A stretch of DNA of 64,000 nucleotides from Torpedo marmorata (GCA_977017645.1 OZ360222.1:44950001-45014000), one strand, 5' to 3'; positions 25,454 to 39,759 are shown, counted from the stretch's first letter. Notes: generated by a model not told the origin, from the letters alone. A program made the numbers and translations.

Positions 25454-25865
25454 CTGGCTGGCTCCCCGGCGATTAATTTCCACTCTGAAACTTCCAGCGT
25501 TGCAACAAAAAAAAAACCAACAGAGAAACAACGCAGTAGTCCAAACAGTCCACTTTCCCGTCGCTTTGCTGCGATGCAAACGGGTTTGCAGGCTAGCGGC
25601 CTGGCATTTGCCGTCAAGTTTTGTTCAACGGGAGCACTCTCTTGATTTCCCACTCATGTTTCCCCCACCCCACCCCCCCTCCTCTCCTCTCCTCTCCTCC
25701 TCCTCTCTTCGCTCCCTGTACTTTCAATCCGCCGTCACAGACGTTCAGTCCGTCACCGGAAATACTCTGCAAGGGAGAAAAAAAAAGAGGGGGCGGCTTG
25801 TCGAATAGATGATTTTTAAGCATGTTTCCAACTTTCCGACATGTGCACCAAGTCACAAAAATAAC
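25454..25865 (-). other. PRKD3: Probable PRKD3 5' UTR part of the first coding exon
   Basis: Candidate acceptor ...CTCACTGTCAG|GTTATTT at 25866/25865, with a C-rich run upstream on the minus strand; lies in a CpG-rich zone. Confidence 0.55.
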
Positions 25866-28733
25866 CTGACAGTGAGCACTTTTTAGGGTGGGGGGGGGGC
25901 GTGATGTTTCCTATAGATGTAAGTTCCTATGTTGCAGACACCAGAGAGAATCCTGAGCTTTCAACTCAACCAATGCATCGGCAACTTTAACTGGTCACCA
26001 CAAGCAGGGGAGGTGGTTTTGTGCCACTTCACGCTGCCCCCTGATTGCCACCGGATTGCTCTTCCATTTCCCTGCAAACTGGCGAGAAGGGAAATGCGAG
26101 CGGCGTTTGTTTGGGTCAAATTGGACCGGATGGTCCTCAATCTCTAATATCCGTTCATCGCCATTCACATTATTGGTCTGTTTCCGACCATTTCGGCTCG
26201 GAACGGTGATTTTAGGGAGGCTCTCTGAATTTGCCCGGAAACATTTATCGCTAAATGCGCGTGGATCTGATGACACCAATCGCGAAATAAATCATCAGTT
26301 CAGCAAACCACAGGGGTCCCTCTTGCGCCTGAAACACAAGCAGCTGCTTTAAACTGGAGATCCGTAATAGCGGTACTGCGAGGCTGGTCGAGGTTACTGC
26401 ACGAGTTATGCGGTGTATTGGAGTTTACTTCTTTCACTCTCTATTCAGGTTGACCCATTTTACCAATAGCTGGTCTGGTGTTCGATAGGATTCTGGAAGG
26501 GAAAAGAAGATTTGCATCCAGAAGAACCTTTGGTAGGTTATGCCTTGACTCACGGAATCTGTTAGCGCCTTTAAAAACTATTCCGATCCCAAAAGAAGTT
26601 CCTAAACTGGATGGAAGGTACCTTACAGATGCCATCGACCACGTATCGTGTGACACGCGTAATTGGTAACGCCATATATTAAAATGTTAATTTACACACT
26701 CATAATGTCCACCTGGGGTGTTTAGAATTTGGACAAGGAAACCAGACTTTCACCTCAAGTTAAACAATTATTACAGGTACGGGCACAATGTGGTCAATGG
26801 CCTTTTAAACCTCCTGAGATACACTTCACACGATTCCATGAAAACTGAATTTGAAAGATGTTTAAGTACTCTAATTTTGTTGTTATACCAAATTTGGAAA
26901 TTGCGCTTTCAGTAATCGATGCCCAGGTATCACAGGTCTGTAGGGCGTGTGCGTATTGATTACTGAAAATACATATTTGTACTTAGGGCTAGTGACCCTC
27001 TTGCAAATTGATCACGTGTATATTCGCCAATAAACCGTACATCTGAGTGAGAACGGTAAGTACACATAAAATGTAGCATTATTCATTACAATGTTCATTA
27101 CATCGATATGGATCATGTACCACTTCTGTATGTAGGGGAAAGGAGCACGGGTCATAAAACGTATTGATTGCGCCAATCTTGTGTATGAGAATCTGTTGGC
27201 GATAACAAACACCAAAAGCTCCAGCTGTTCAAACTGACTGGAGTTGTAATGCAACCTAATGAAATATGAAGCACTGTTTTTCAACGCACGCTTCAGCCGA
27301 TTCCGGAATTCCACAGCCGCTTTTGCAATATGTCTACGACTTTACAGAAATATAAATCGCACCCTGAATTACACAACTGTTATGTTATGGGCATAATACT
27401 ACCAAATACAGGTAAGATTTTAATGTGTGCATTTTCAAATGATGTTTATAGGGAATAAATTATTTATTTTATGGAAATCTTAAACATATTGGACATACAG
27501 GAAGAAATGTGTTTGGGGCAGCCCCCGTTCAGAAACCCCTTTAAATTTCTCCTCTTTGGAAAAACGTGTTCTCAATGGTTCATAATATCACGAAATAAAT
27601 GGAAATACATGAGCGATGCTCCAATCATTCTGCACTGATGATCCCACCCAGATTAAATGATTGAGATTACAATGTGGGTAAACATAAGTATTGCCAATAA
27701 ATCTGCACCCGTGTTTATACTGAGTTGCTGTGGTAAGGTATCTCGATACGCAAAGAACTTTATTTTCATAATTTAAATAAATTAGTCCCACAAATAATGA
27801 TCTCTATATATCAAGATGCATTCAACTATATTTAAAAGGTGAATATATCTGGATATTTAGGATCGAGTCGATGCTATAACTGGGCCTATGTTTTCTTTTC
27901 TTTTTAAAATATGTTTGTTGAGTTTGATAAAGAATTTACACACATGATAATCTAGTAAATGACATAAACCATATCATATACATAACATACATGAATTGTA
28001 AATCGAAAACATAACCATAATTCTTTTCTTAACTTAATCTTATCCAAAACATTAAATCTAGGATTGGATTGAATTAACAGTTAACACATTCTTCATAATA
28101 TATCTAAAGATAATATTGAAAAGAAAAAGAAAACAAGATAAAAGGTTAACCCCCCAGTAATGGGGAAAATGAAAATAAAAACCTGAGACAAAAATATACT
28201 TTCTTTTAAGGTAAGGTAAGTTATAAATAAAATTCCCTTTTTTTCTAATATTAATGTTATATTGATTAAAATATCACCTTTCTGGGCTATTATATCGTAG
28301 ATTGAAACACGAAAGTCTGCAGACACTGTGATTGTAGTAAAAACACACAGTAAATGCTGAAGGAACTTGGCCGGTTTCGCAGTGTCCATAGGAGGAAAAA
28401 TTATATTACTGACGTTTCAGGCCTGAGCCCTTCTTCACAGGAACAGAGACCTGCGTGGATGGCAAAGAAACGTTTAGAATCTGGACCAGCAAGAGGCAAG
28501 TGAAGGTGAATCTGAGAGTGGACAGCAAAGGGACCATCATCTACCCACCCTCCATATTTTCCATTGGAGGGAACCATGGGTACTTGGTGTATGCTAGATA
28601 GTCCAGGGTGTGCCGGAACTGAAACAAACCTGGAAATGTGGTGACCTAATGCAGCGCAGTCATCTGCAAAGACTGCAGGACTGTGCAGAGAGCAAATGAT
28701 GTGTCAAAAAGCCCCACAAAAGAAATTGGCAAC

Positions 28734-29551
28734 TGTTACAAAATCAAACCAGCAACGACAGAAGACGCAATGCAAAAGGGGTAAAATTGAAATTTATATT
28801 TATTAAACACAATTAAACATATAATTTCACAACAATTAACCCCACTATAAACGTCTATAAACACTATTCTTATCTAAAAGGTGTGTGTGTGTGTGTGTGT
28901 AAAGCCCAGACCATTACAGTCTGTGCCCAACCCTTATGTAAAAATGGAAAAACTTTCCCAGGTCAGTCATAAAAACAAGTCAGTCAAAAAATAGAATAAT
29001 ACAGTCCACAAAATTCACTCTCTAAGTTCAGGCTTCTGAATTAACGTTGGAGAGAGACAATGACTGTTTATGCTTACAAATACTTGTTTTCTTCTCTGAT
29101 GACGTCCCCTTCTTGTGTGTTCATAAGGATTGCAAGTTCAGATCAGTATACCACTGATTTAGGCGTGTGCTTGGATCTCACAGCTAGTCTCGCTGATCTC
29201 ACGCCTGTTCTCCACAGAAGTTGCTTTTCCTCACAATTTCTCTGAAACAGGAGGCCATGTGCTATCCTGCCAGTTTTTTCTCTGGCTGCACAAGCCTGGA
29301 TTTGGCTGTGTTCTCTAGCCTTTGCAATTCACAACTGTCTGCTTCTTGCAGTGATCTGCACCTGCTTTTGCAAAAGTGCAACAATGTATCTTTTCCACAG
29401 TCTGTCTCTCTCTGCTCTCTCTCTCTCTCTGGGTACACCAAGTCCTGGGGAAGTTAACTCTTTCAGTACCTGGCCCCAGTGTATACTCCAAAAGACTTCA
29501 TCCTTCCTGCTGACCGTCCGCAGTCCAAATGGTCAGTCGTGGTCCATAACA
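28734..29551 (-). mobile_element. Solo LTR
   Basis: TGTTA...TAACA termini; 4-bp TSD CAAC at 28730-28733 and 29552-29555. Confidence 0.7.
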
Positions 29552-30131
29552 CAACCAACACCGCAAACAGTGAGAAGAAAAGAATCAAGGTGCAAACAGG
29601 AGTCAGCAACCTCATGTCGTCCAACAATGAAGCCAGCATGAGCGTCTGACGAAGACAGAGGATGCACCAAGATGGAAAGGAAAGAAAGGAGGAAACCGGT
29701 TTCGAGAAAATCGATAGAGAGATGGAAAGCACCCAGTGGCCCTCAGCTCCTGGAGATCGAGAGCTGCAGAAAGGCCATGCCCCCACCCCCCCGGAGCTCC
29801 AGTAGACCGGGAACAACATAAAGGCTATCATCTAGCAACCCAGGAAGAAAGAGAATACAAGTCAGCCAGGATATGGAGACACAGTAGCACAGATGAATCT
29901 GCCCCAAGCGACACCTCCTGCTTTGCCTGAGGAGATCCTACTCCCTGAGGAAGATCACCTCCTGTACCTGTGCCTGAAAAGAGGGATGCAGTTCACCAAA
30001 GTGATAGGCATGAGGGCTCAGGCCAACTGACAATGGACTGTAAGGATTGCGAACTTGAGACTCCAATAAACCACAATGGAAATTCAAATAGCGACTCTCA
30101 ATGTGCGCAGTGTCAAATACACTTATACTAA

Positions 30132-33100
30132 ACTAGTATTTTAATTGTAATTTAAACTAGATTGGCAGGGGGATGGGAACCAGAGAGTTACAGTAGATAG
30201 TGAGGTGGAGGAGGATAAAGGTCATGCGAGGACTGCATTTATAGACAGAAATCAAAGGTTTGTATATGATAGAAATGTTCTCAGGTGTATTTATTTCAAT
30301 GCAAGGAGTATTGTCGGAAAGGCAGACAATCTTAGGGTGTGGATTGGCACGTGGGATTATGACATTATTGCTATTAGTGAGACTTGGTTGCAGGAGGGGC
30401 AGGACTGGCAGCTCAATGTTCCGGGGTTCCGTTGTTTCAGACGTGATAGAGGGGGAGGGATGAAAGGGGGAGGAGTGGCATTGCTAGTCAGAGAAAATAT
30501 CACAGCTGTGCTTAGACAGGACAGCCCAGAGCGCTCGTCTACAGAGGCCATATGGGTGGAGCTGAGGAACGGGAAAGGTGTGACCACACTGATAGGGTTG
30601 TATTATAGACCGCCCAATAGTCAGAGAGAATTGGAGGAGCAAATCTGTAGAGAGATAGCAGACTGATGTAAGAAACAGAAAGTTGTGATAGTAGGAGATT
30701 TTAACTTTCCAAATATTGACTGGGACTCCCATACTGTGAAAGGGCTGGATGGCTTGGAGTTTGTCAAATGTGTTCAGGAAAGTTTTCTAAATCAATATAT
30801 AGAGGTACCAACAAGAGAGGATGCAATACTTGATCTCCTGTTAGGGAACCAGACAGGTCAGGTGACAGAAGTATGTGTAGGAAAACATTTTGGGTCCAGT
30901 GACCATAATGTCATTAGTTTCAAGTTAATTATGGATAAGGATAGGTCTGGTCCTCGAGTTGAGATTCTAAATTGGAGAAAGGCCAATTTTTGTGGAAATG
31001 AGAAAGGATTGACGAAGAATGGATTGGGATAAGTTGTTTTCTGGCAAGGATGTGTTCAAAGCGAAATTTTGAGAGTGCAGAGTTTGCATGTTACTGTCAG
31101 GATTAAAAGCAAAGTTAACAGGCACAGGGAACCTTGGTTTTCAAGGGATATTAGCAATCTGGTTAAGAAGAAGAGAGAGGTGTATAGCAGGTATTGGCAA
31201 CAGGGAGAAAATGAGGTGCTAGAAGAGTATAGAAAATGTAAGAAAATACTTAAGAAGGAAATCAGGAAGGCAAAAAGAAGACATGAGATTGCTTTGTCAG
31301 ATAATGTGAAGGTAAACCCGAAGGGTTTCTACAAGTATGTTAAGAGTAAAAGGATAGTAAGGGACAAAATTGGTCCCCTAGAAGATCAGTGAGGTCGTCT
31401 ATGTGTGGAGCCTAATGGGATGGGGGAGATCTTAAACACTTTTTTTGCATCAATATTTACTCACTCAGGAAACTGGCATAGTGTATAAGGAAGGAAGGGA
31501 AACAAGCAGTAGTGGCATGGAACATATAGAGATAAACGAGGAGGTGCTTGCTGCCTTACAGTGAATAAAGGTAGATAAATCCCCCGGGCCTGACATGATA
31601 TTCCCTCGGACCTTGAGGGAGACTAGTGTAGACATTGCAGGGGCCCTGGCAGAAATATTTAAAATGTCCTTAGCCGCAGGTGAGTTGCTGGGGAATTGGA
31701 GGGTACCTTGACTCCATCTTTTCTCCCCTGGTCCAATCCCTCCCCACCTACATCCGCGACACCTCACATGCCCTCCATCTCCTCAATGACTTCAGATTCC
31801 CTGAACCGGACCGCATCATCTTCACCATGGATGTCCAATCCCTTTATACCTCTATCCCCCACATAGAAGGTCTGAAAGCAGTTCGCTGCTTCCTGGACCA
31901 AAGGCCCGACCAGTCACCCTCTACCACCACCCTCTTCCGCCTGGCAGAACTTGTCCTCACTCTCAATAACATCTCATCCCACTTCCTCCAAATCAAAGGA
32001 GTAGTCATGGGTATCCGCATGGGTCTCAGCTACGCCTGCCTGTTTGTGGGCTTTGTGGAGCAATCCATGCTGCAAGCCTACACAGGCAAGACCCCTCATC
32101 TCTTCCTCCGGTATAAAGACGACTACATCGGGGCTGCCTCATGCACCCGTGATGAGCTTGTCAACTTCATCCACTTCGCGTCCAACTTCCACCCCGATCT
32201 TAAACTCACCTGGTCCATCTCCGATAACACTCTCCCCTTCCTGGATCTCTCTGTCTCCATCTCGGGAGACAAGCTTTCCACCGACATTTACAACAAACCC
32301 TCCAACTCCCACAACTATCTGGACTACACTTCCTCACACCCTGTCCCCTGCAAGGATTCTATCCCCTTCTCTCGATTACTCTGTCTCCGCCGCATCTGTT
32401 CCGAAGATGAGGTCTTCCAGTCCAGATCTTCTGAAATGTCTGCCTTCTTCCACAAACGTGGCTTCCCCTCCACCACCATCAACTCAGCCCTCACCTGCAT
32501 CTCCTCCATTTCCCGCTCATCTGCCCTGCCCCCCTCTTCCACCAGATGCAACAAACATAGAATCCCCCTCATCCTCACCTACCACCCCACCAGCCTCCGC
32601 ATCAAACACATTATCCGCCGGAATTTCCGGCACTTACTACAGGATCCCACCACCAGACACATTTTTACTTCTCCTCCCCTCTCGGCCTTCCGCAGGAACT
32701 GCTCCCTCCGCGATTCCCTCGTGCACTCATCCCTCCCCACCCATCGCACCCCCGGCACCTTCCCCTGTGCCCGCAGGAGATGCAACACCTGCGCCCACAC
32801 CTTCCCCCTCACCACAGTCCAGGGCCCCAAACAGGCCTTTCAAGTGAAGCTACACTTCACTTGTACATCCAGAGAACTTATTTACTGCATCCAGTGCTCC
32901 CTTTGTGCCATTCTCTACATCGGAGAGACCGGTCGTAGATTGGGAGATCACTTCGCTGAGCACCTCCTCTCCGTCCGCAACAACAGCGACCTCCCAGTAG
33001 CCAACCATTTCAATTCCAAGTCACACTCCCACACTCACATGTCTGCCCATGGCCTTATGTACTATCCCACCCAGACTACCTGCAAATTGGAGGAACAACA

Positions 33101-34854
33101 TCTTATTTTCCGTCTGGGCATTCTCCAGCCAGATGGCATTAACATTGACTTTTCTGCTTTCCACTAAACCTGCTTGCCTTTTCCTTCCCCTCCCCCCTTA
33201 CCTGTCCTTCCAGTTTTTTTCCACCCACCCATCCCTCCTCCCCCTCTTTGCTGCTGTCCCCTCCCTCCTTTCTCCACCTATCATCTCCTGCCTTTGCCAC
33301 CCCACTCCCCTTCCCCCACTCACTCTTTTGTTTGGACACCTGCCGGCATTTTCTCATACTTTGATGAAGGGCTCAAGCCCGAAACATCGGTTATGTATTT
33401 CTACCTTTGCTACATAAAAGACATTGTTTTACCTGCTGTGTTTCTCCAGCATTTGTGTTTTTTAGCTTATGTTGTTCCGTTGTTTAAAAAAGGCTCCAAA
33501 AGTAAACCAGGAAATTAAAGGCCGGTGAGCCTGACGTCAGTAGTAGGTAAATTATTGGAGGGTGTTCTGAGAGATCGGATTTGGACAGCCAAGGGCTGAT
33601 TAAGGATAGTCAACATGGCTTTGTGCGTGGTAGATCGTGTTTAACGAATCTTATAGAGTTTTTCGAGGTTACCAAGAAAGTAGATGAAGGAAAGGCTGTG
33701 GATCTTGTCTACATGGACTTTAGTAAGGCCTTTGACAAGGTCCCACATGGGAGGTTAGTTCAGAAGGTTCAGACACTAGGTATCCATGGAGAGGTTGTAA
33801 ACTGGATTCAAAATTGGCTGAATGGGAGAAGACAGAGAGTGGTAGTGGATGATTGCTTCTCAGACTGTGATTAGTGGTGTGCCTCATGGATCGGTGCTGG
33901 GACCATTGTTGTTTGTCGTCTATATCAATGATCTGGATGATAATGTGGGAAATTGGATCAGCAAGTTTGCTGATGACACTAAGATTGGAGGTGTTGTGGA
34001 CAGTGAGGAAGGCTTTCAAAGCTTGAAGAGGGATCTGGACCAACTGGAAAAATGGGCCAGAAAATGGCAAATGGAATTTAATACAGACAAGTGTGAGGTG
34101 TTGCATTTTAGAAGGACAAACCAAGGTAGGACATACACGGTAAATGGTAGGGCACTGAGGAGTGCGGAGGAATAAAGGGATCTGGGAATACAGATACATA
34201 ATTCCCTGAAAGTGGCGTCACAAGTAGACAGGGTTGTAAAGAAAGCTTTTGGCATCTTGGCCTTCATAAATCGAAGTATTGAGTATTGGAGTTGGGATGG
34301 TATGGTGAGGTTGTATAAGACATTGGTGAGGCCAAATTTGGAGTATTGTGTGCAGTTCAGGTCGCCAAACTACAGGAAGGATATCAGTAAGATTGAAAGA
34401 GTGCAGAGAAGATTTACTTGGATGTTGCCGGGTCTTCAGGAGTTGAGTTACAGGGAAAAATTAAACAGGTTAGGACTTTATTCCTTGGAGCGTAGAAGAA
34501 TGAGGGGAGATTTGATAGAGGTTTACAAAATTATGAGGGGTTTTGACAGAGTAAATGTGAGTAGGCTTATTCCACTTAGATTATGAGAGGACATGGCTTT
34601 AGGGTGAAAGGGGAAAGGTTTAGGGGGAACATTAGGGGGAACTTCTTCATTCAGAGAGTGGTGGGAGTGTGGAACGAGCTGCCATCTGACATGGTAAATG
34701 CAGGCTCACTCTTAAGTTTTAAGAATAAATTGGGTAGATACATGGATGGGAGAGGTCTGGAGGGTTATGGAATGGGTGCAGGTCAGTGGGACTCGCAGAA
34801 TGATGTTTCAGCACAGACTAGAAGGGCCGAATGGTGCTGTGGTGTTCTATGGTT
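30132..34854 (+). mobile_element. CR1 LINE (ORF2), 5'-truncated, inserted in the Tx1-like element
   Basis: Same family as the 17.2-21.8 kb copy; APE and RT motifs; TTCTATGGTTCT tail; imperfect TSD CT(T/C)ATAC(T/C)AA. Confidence 0.9.
31705..33462 (+). mobile_element. Penelope-like element, 5'-truncated (RT plus GIY-YIG endonuclease)
   Basis: About 490-codon open frame with MDVQSLYTSIP, RYKDD, FLD and LIYCIQC..C..LYIGETGR; hammerhead motif at about 33355-33395; interrupts the CR1 ORF2. Confidence 0.92.
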
Positions 34855-36140
34855 CTCATACCAAGGCAGATGCGATGTTCATACAAGAGTACGGGCTGCT
34901 GCACCTCAGAAACTGTCGGAGCAACTTCGTAATCACTGAGGTTAAAGAGGTGGTTGGAGTGGCATCTCCTCGAGCTGGATCTAACGTACAGCAACACCCC
35001 GCTCTGGCTGATCAATGTTTATGCCTCACCTGTGTGGAGCGAGAGGCTGGCCGTCTTCCAGCAGCTCCCACCGTTGCTGGCGACGTCCAGGCCAGTTGTT
35101 CTTGCCAGTGACTTCAACTGCATCATCAATGCGGCTAGATAATCTGGCGTTGCTGACAGCAAACTGGACAGCTCCTCCAGAGTCCTAATGGAGACGGTTA
35201 AAGATACACTGCTGAGTGACACCTTCAGCAACCCTATAGGTGGAGGACAGCGCAGCCCACTTGGTCGGATTGGATGGCTCAACCCGATCTCGGATAGACT
35301 TCCTCTTCATCGCGAAGGCTGTCACTGTCAGAACCACCGATGTCATGCTCGTGTTCTTCTCTGACCACTGCCTCCTTTGCGCCTTCTGTTACCTACAGGA
35401 AGAACAGAGGGCGGGCAGGGGAAAATGAAAGCTGATCGTGAAGTTGCTGACCTCAGAGGACATGGAGGAACTGAAGGAATACGCAGGTTGGAGAACCATG
35501 AAACCGTTCTTTAAGATTTCTCAGTGAACTGGTGGGAAGCGACCAAAGAAAATATCAAGAGGTTTATTCTCAAAGGTGTTCAGAGGCAGCGGGACCTGAG
35601 CCAACTCCAGACTGACCTGCAGTAACTCCTCCTTCTACAGTCAAGAGGGGTGGATGTGAGGGAAGAATTCTAAGAGGTAAAGAGCCGGCAAGCCTTACTA
35701 TTCACCTCAAAGTCCTCCAAGATCATCTTCCGATCCAGAGACTGCACAGTGGAGCAGGAGGAGACGTGCTTACGCTTCTAAAACGTTTGCTGGGGGGGTG
35801 GGGGGGTGTGGGGGAGGGTGTCTGTGATCCACAGCCTTGAGGAAGAGGGTGGCTCAGTCACAACCTCATAGATCCATAGATCCTTTTATGTCGGTCTGTA
35901 TGACACTAAGGCCAGAGACAGCACCGGCTTCCAGAACTTCCTGTTCTTTGTCTCGGAGGTCTTGGATGACAGCAAGCGGGAGTCTGGATTTCAAAATTAC
36001 CCACCGCTCCTTTGGGTCGAGTGAAACACCCTGATCGATGGCTTCCCGGCTGAGTTGTACCGGCTCCGTGGGACTGGATGGATCTGGACCTGCTGGAAGT
36101 GTACAACACAATGCTCCTGGAAGGCAGCATGTCAGACTCC

Positions 36141-37116
36141 AGAATCAGAATTTATTGTCATGAACAAGTCATGAAATTCAGTGTTTTGCGGCAGCATCAT
36201 AGTGCAAACATTCATATTATAACCATCTTACGACATTAGTATAAAAAAATATAAATAATAGTGCACAAAAAGTAAGGCAGTGTCTTTGCTTCATTGATTA
36301 TTCAGGAATCTGATGGCAGCGGGGAAGAAGCTGTCCTTGTGCTGTTGAGTGCTCATCTTTAGGCTCCTGTACCTTTTTCCCGATGGTATCAGAGTGAAGA
36401 GGGCATGACCTGGGTGCTGCTGGTCTTTGAGGATAGAGGCTGCTTTTTTAAGACTCCGCCTCGTGTAGATGTCCTCGATGAAGTCTGGTGCCTGTGATGT
36501 CACAGGCCGAGTTAACAACCCTCTGGAGTTTATTCTTGTCCTGAGAGTTGGCGCCTCCATACCAGGCAGTGATGCAACCAGGCAGAATGCTCTCCACGGT
36601 ACACCTGTAGAAGTTTACGAGAGTCTTCGGTGACATATCGAATCTCCTCAGACACCTCACAAAGTATAGCCTCTGGCGAGCCTTCTTTGTGATTGCATCA
36701 ACGTGGAGGCTCCAGGACAGATCCTCGGACATGTTGACACCCAGGAATTTGAAGATCTTGACCCTCTCCACTACTGAGCCCTCGATGAGGACTGGGTCGT
36801 GTCCCCCTGACTTCCTCCTGAAGTCCACAATCATCTCCTTGGTTTTGCTGACGTTGAGCGCAAGGTTGTTGTCGTTACACCATTCAACGAGCTGATCTAT
36901 CTCCCTCCTGTTTGCTTCCTCATTGCCGTTTGTGATTCTGCCGACAGCTATGGTGTCATCGGCAAACTTGTAGATGGCATTGGAATTGTGCCTGGCCACA
37001 CAGTCATGTGTGTATAACGAGTATAGCAGTGGGCTAAGCACGCCTGTGTTGGTAATCAGTGAGGAGGAGACGTTGTTTCCAATTCGTACTGACTGTGGTC
37101 TTCTGATGAGAAAGTC
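36141..37116 (-). mobile_element. Rex1/Babar-like LINE 3' fragment
   Basis: [27 protein letters not shown]; (TTCTGA)n tail. Confidence 0.85.
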
Positions 37117-37891
37117 ATGAGGAAGGGTATTATTATCCTCATCTTAAAACAGAAGGGGAAGAAGGAGGATATCAGGAATTGGAGACCCACATCATTGTTA
37201 AACGTTGACTACAAAATCCTGTCCAAGGCCATCGCCAATCGGGTCGTCTGCTCTGGGACAGGTGATCCATCCAGACCAAACCTGTGCTGCTCCATCAGGA
37301 AAATCTTTGACAGCCTCGTGCTGCTCAGACATACCAGCGCCTTCATGCAGGACAGGGGGGTGGAAACCTGCCTGGTCAGCTCAGACCAGGAAAAGGCTTT
37401 TGACTGGATATCACACACCTACATGATGGACATGCTCTCCAAAATGAGCTTTGGGGAGGGAAACCAAAATTGGATTAAACTGCTCTACAAGGACATCTGT
37501 AGTGCAGTTCAAATCAATGGGTGGGAAACAGCTTCCCCATCAAGTCTGGAGTCAGGCAGGGTTGCCTACTCTCTCCTGTCTTTTGTTTACTGCAGAGAGC
37601 CCTTTGCTGATCCATCAGGAAGGACGAAGGCATAAGAGGGCTGACATTGCCAGGCAGTGGAGGCACTCAGGTCAAAGCCTCCCTGTACATGGACGATGTC
37701 GCGTCTTCTGTTCAGACACATGATCGGTCCGCAGACTGATCAGCATCTACGGTCAGTTAGAGCGAGGCAACTGGTCTGACGGGTCCACCATCCCCTTCAC
37801 AGTCAGATCGGACTATTTGAAGGTGCCGGGGATCTGGTTTGGAGAGGCTGAGGCATGCCACAACAATTGTCCAGAGTGGATGGCAAAGGTC

Positions 37892-38557
37892 CACTGGTGT
37901 CACTAGAGGGGGTGCGGACCGCACCGGGTGACACCATCAGAGGGGGTGACACCAAAAATGACTGTCAAAAAAAATTTGTGCAGTGTTTCAGCAGAAATTT
38001 ATTATTTTTATAAAAATATTCCTGTAGTTAGTTATAACAACAAAAACATTTTCCGTAAGCCCAGCTTACATGTATCAATATACCTACAAGGCTAAAACTA
38101 TGCTAATTTACTTTTTGAACCTTCTAATGTGCTCCGGTCAGAGCTGTCATTATTACCCAATTACAATGACGCTTCGAATCACGTGGTTTCGTCTGCACGC
38201 ACTACAAGCACGCGCTGTTGTTTTCATTGCTGCTGGTGTTTTTATAGTCGCTGCTTTTGTCAAATTTTCTGGTGTTTTAGCTACAATATTGTGATAATTA
38301 GTATTTGTAAATACATTTAGGCTGTGTGTATGATATTGCAATTAAAAGGTGTAATTTTAATTTTGCTAGTTGTTTATCTCACTACTATTACATTACATAC
38401 AGTGATATCTGGGAATTACGATTACAAGTAACGTTAGTACAAAAAACATCACTAAGGATTCTGTATGGTCTGGTACGGGAGGAGGTCCATGGGGGTGGGT
38501 GGGGGGTGACACCATGAGTTACCGCACTGGGTGACACCAACCCTTGTGATGCCACTG
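37892..38557. mobile_element. hAT-type MITE
   Basis: TIRs CACTGGTGTCAC / CAGTGGCATCAC; 8-bp TSD CAAAGGTC at 37884-37891 and 38558-38565; subterminal GGGTGACACCA repeats. Confidence 0.85.
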
Positions 38558-39759
38558 CAAAGGTCCACTTGAAATTGGGTCCGTGGGTGTGGGACTCCGT
38601 CTCAATAACAGGGAAGAACTTGGTCATCAGGTGAGATGTGCTCTCAGTACTGCTGTATGTGGCGCAGGTGTGACCCAACCCCCTCACCTCCGCTCTTTCG
38701 GTCACCATTGTTACATTGATGGAAATGTATGGATGTGACACTAAGGATGTGAAAAGACTGAATGGTTTTCCTTTTTGTAAATAATTTATTGTGAATAAAG
38801 TTTATTTTTGGAAAATATATTTTCATTTCTAAAACATAACATTGTGGGCCATAGTATTCATTACAACGTGTTATACTGATGCACTATTGGCTATCTAAGA
38901 TCTAAAGGGCAAGACATTTGTTTTTGATGTCATAAACAAACGGGTGTGAATTGCTTTAGGAAACAGTAAAAGTCATGACATTTCACAACGCCAATATCTA
39001 AATACTGGTTTGAGAAATACTCCATTTTTTTAAAGAGCGAGGGGTAGCCGGAGATGGCCACTTCCAACCATTTACCAATGGGACACTTCGTTGTTCGATT
39101 GGGAATCCTCAGATCTGTCAATATAGTCATACCACTAAAAGCAACAAGTCAAAACAGAATCTGAACTACACTTAACTTAGTTCAATGAAGAACAAAGTCT
39201 CATGAACTCCAACATATCTGTGATGTTAGAAATAAGAAGTGTGTTATTTTAAATTCAACTCATCCACCCTCTGAATGTCAGGCTGATGAATAATGCGCAG
39301 TAGACATTTCACACACTACACCTTTTTGAATTTAACGATATACTGGACAAGAAAGTTACCACAAATCGCCGCTGTTAGTTACAAAAAAAAAATCAAGTTG
39401 CAATCGATTCTGTTGGAAATGAGCTTAATTTCACAAATGATAAGGCAAAATTGTAGTTGATTTCACAATCGTATTATTTGAGAATATCCAGGAAAACAGA
39501 GTAACGTTGGCAGGGGAAACTAAACTCAACTACAAGAGAACATTGCCCATCAACCAGGCACAAGCACAAATATTTAATTCTAAGTTTATCCAGCTCCAAA
39601 ATGTTATTCCTTCCATTTTATTGGTTACAATAAGTTTCTGATTGCCAGGTACTCACTCTTTACGCGAGTTGCATAAGTTTTCCTCACACCACTTTCTGCA
39701 CTCTACAATTCTAGTTCTAGTTCATTACATCTACAAGGCTGATGGCAATGAAGGGGCTG

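Larger units (their letters stand above)
24500..27400. promoter_or_regulatory. CpG-enriched, repeat-poor region around the PRKD3 5' end
   Basis: Visibly more CpG and GC than the AT-rich flanks, and no recognisable TE insertions. Boundaries are approximate. Confidence 0.5.
28440..38720 (+). mobile_element. Old Tx1-like (L1 clade) LINE split by nested insertions
   Basis: ORF2 start MEIQIATLNVRS at about 30076; then LINVYA, DFNC, SRIDF, SDHC, NWRP.SLLNVDYKIL, DQEKAFD and YMDD in collinear fragments. The 5' boundary is approximate. Confidence 0.75.

Noticed and set aside
25133-25808. Plus-strand ORFs of 105 and 207 aa
   Set aside because: Antisense shadows of the GC-rich PRKD3 exon, with no recognisable domains.
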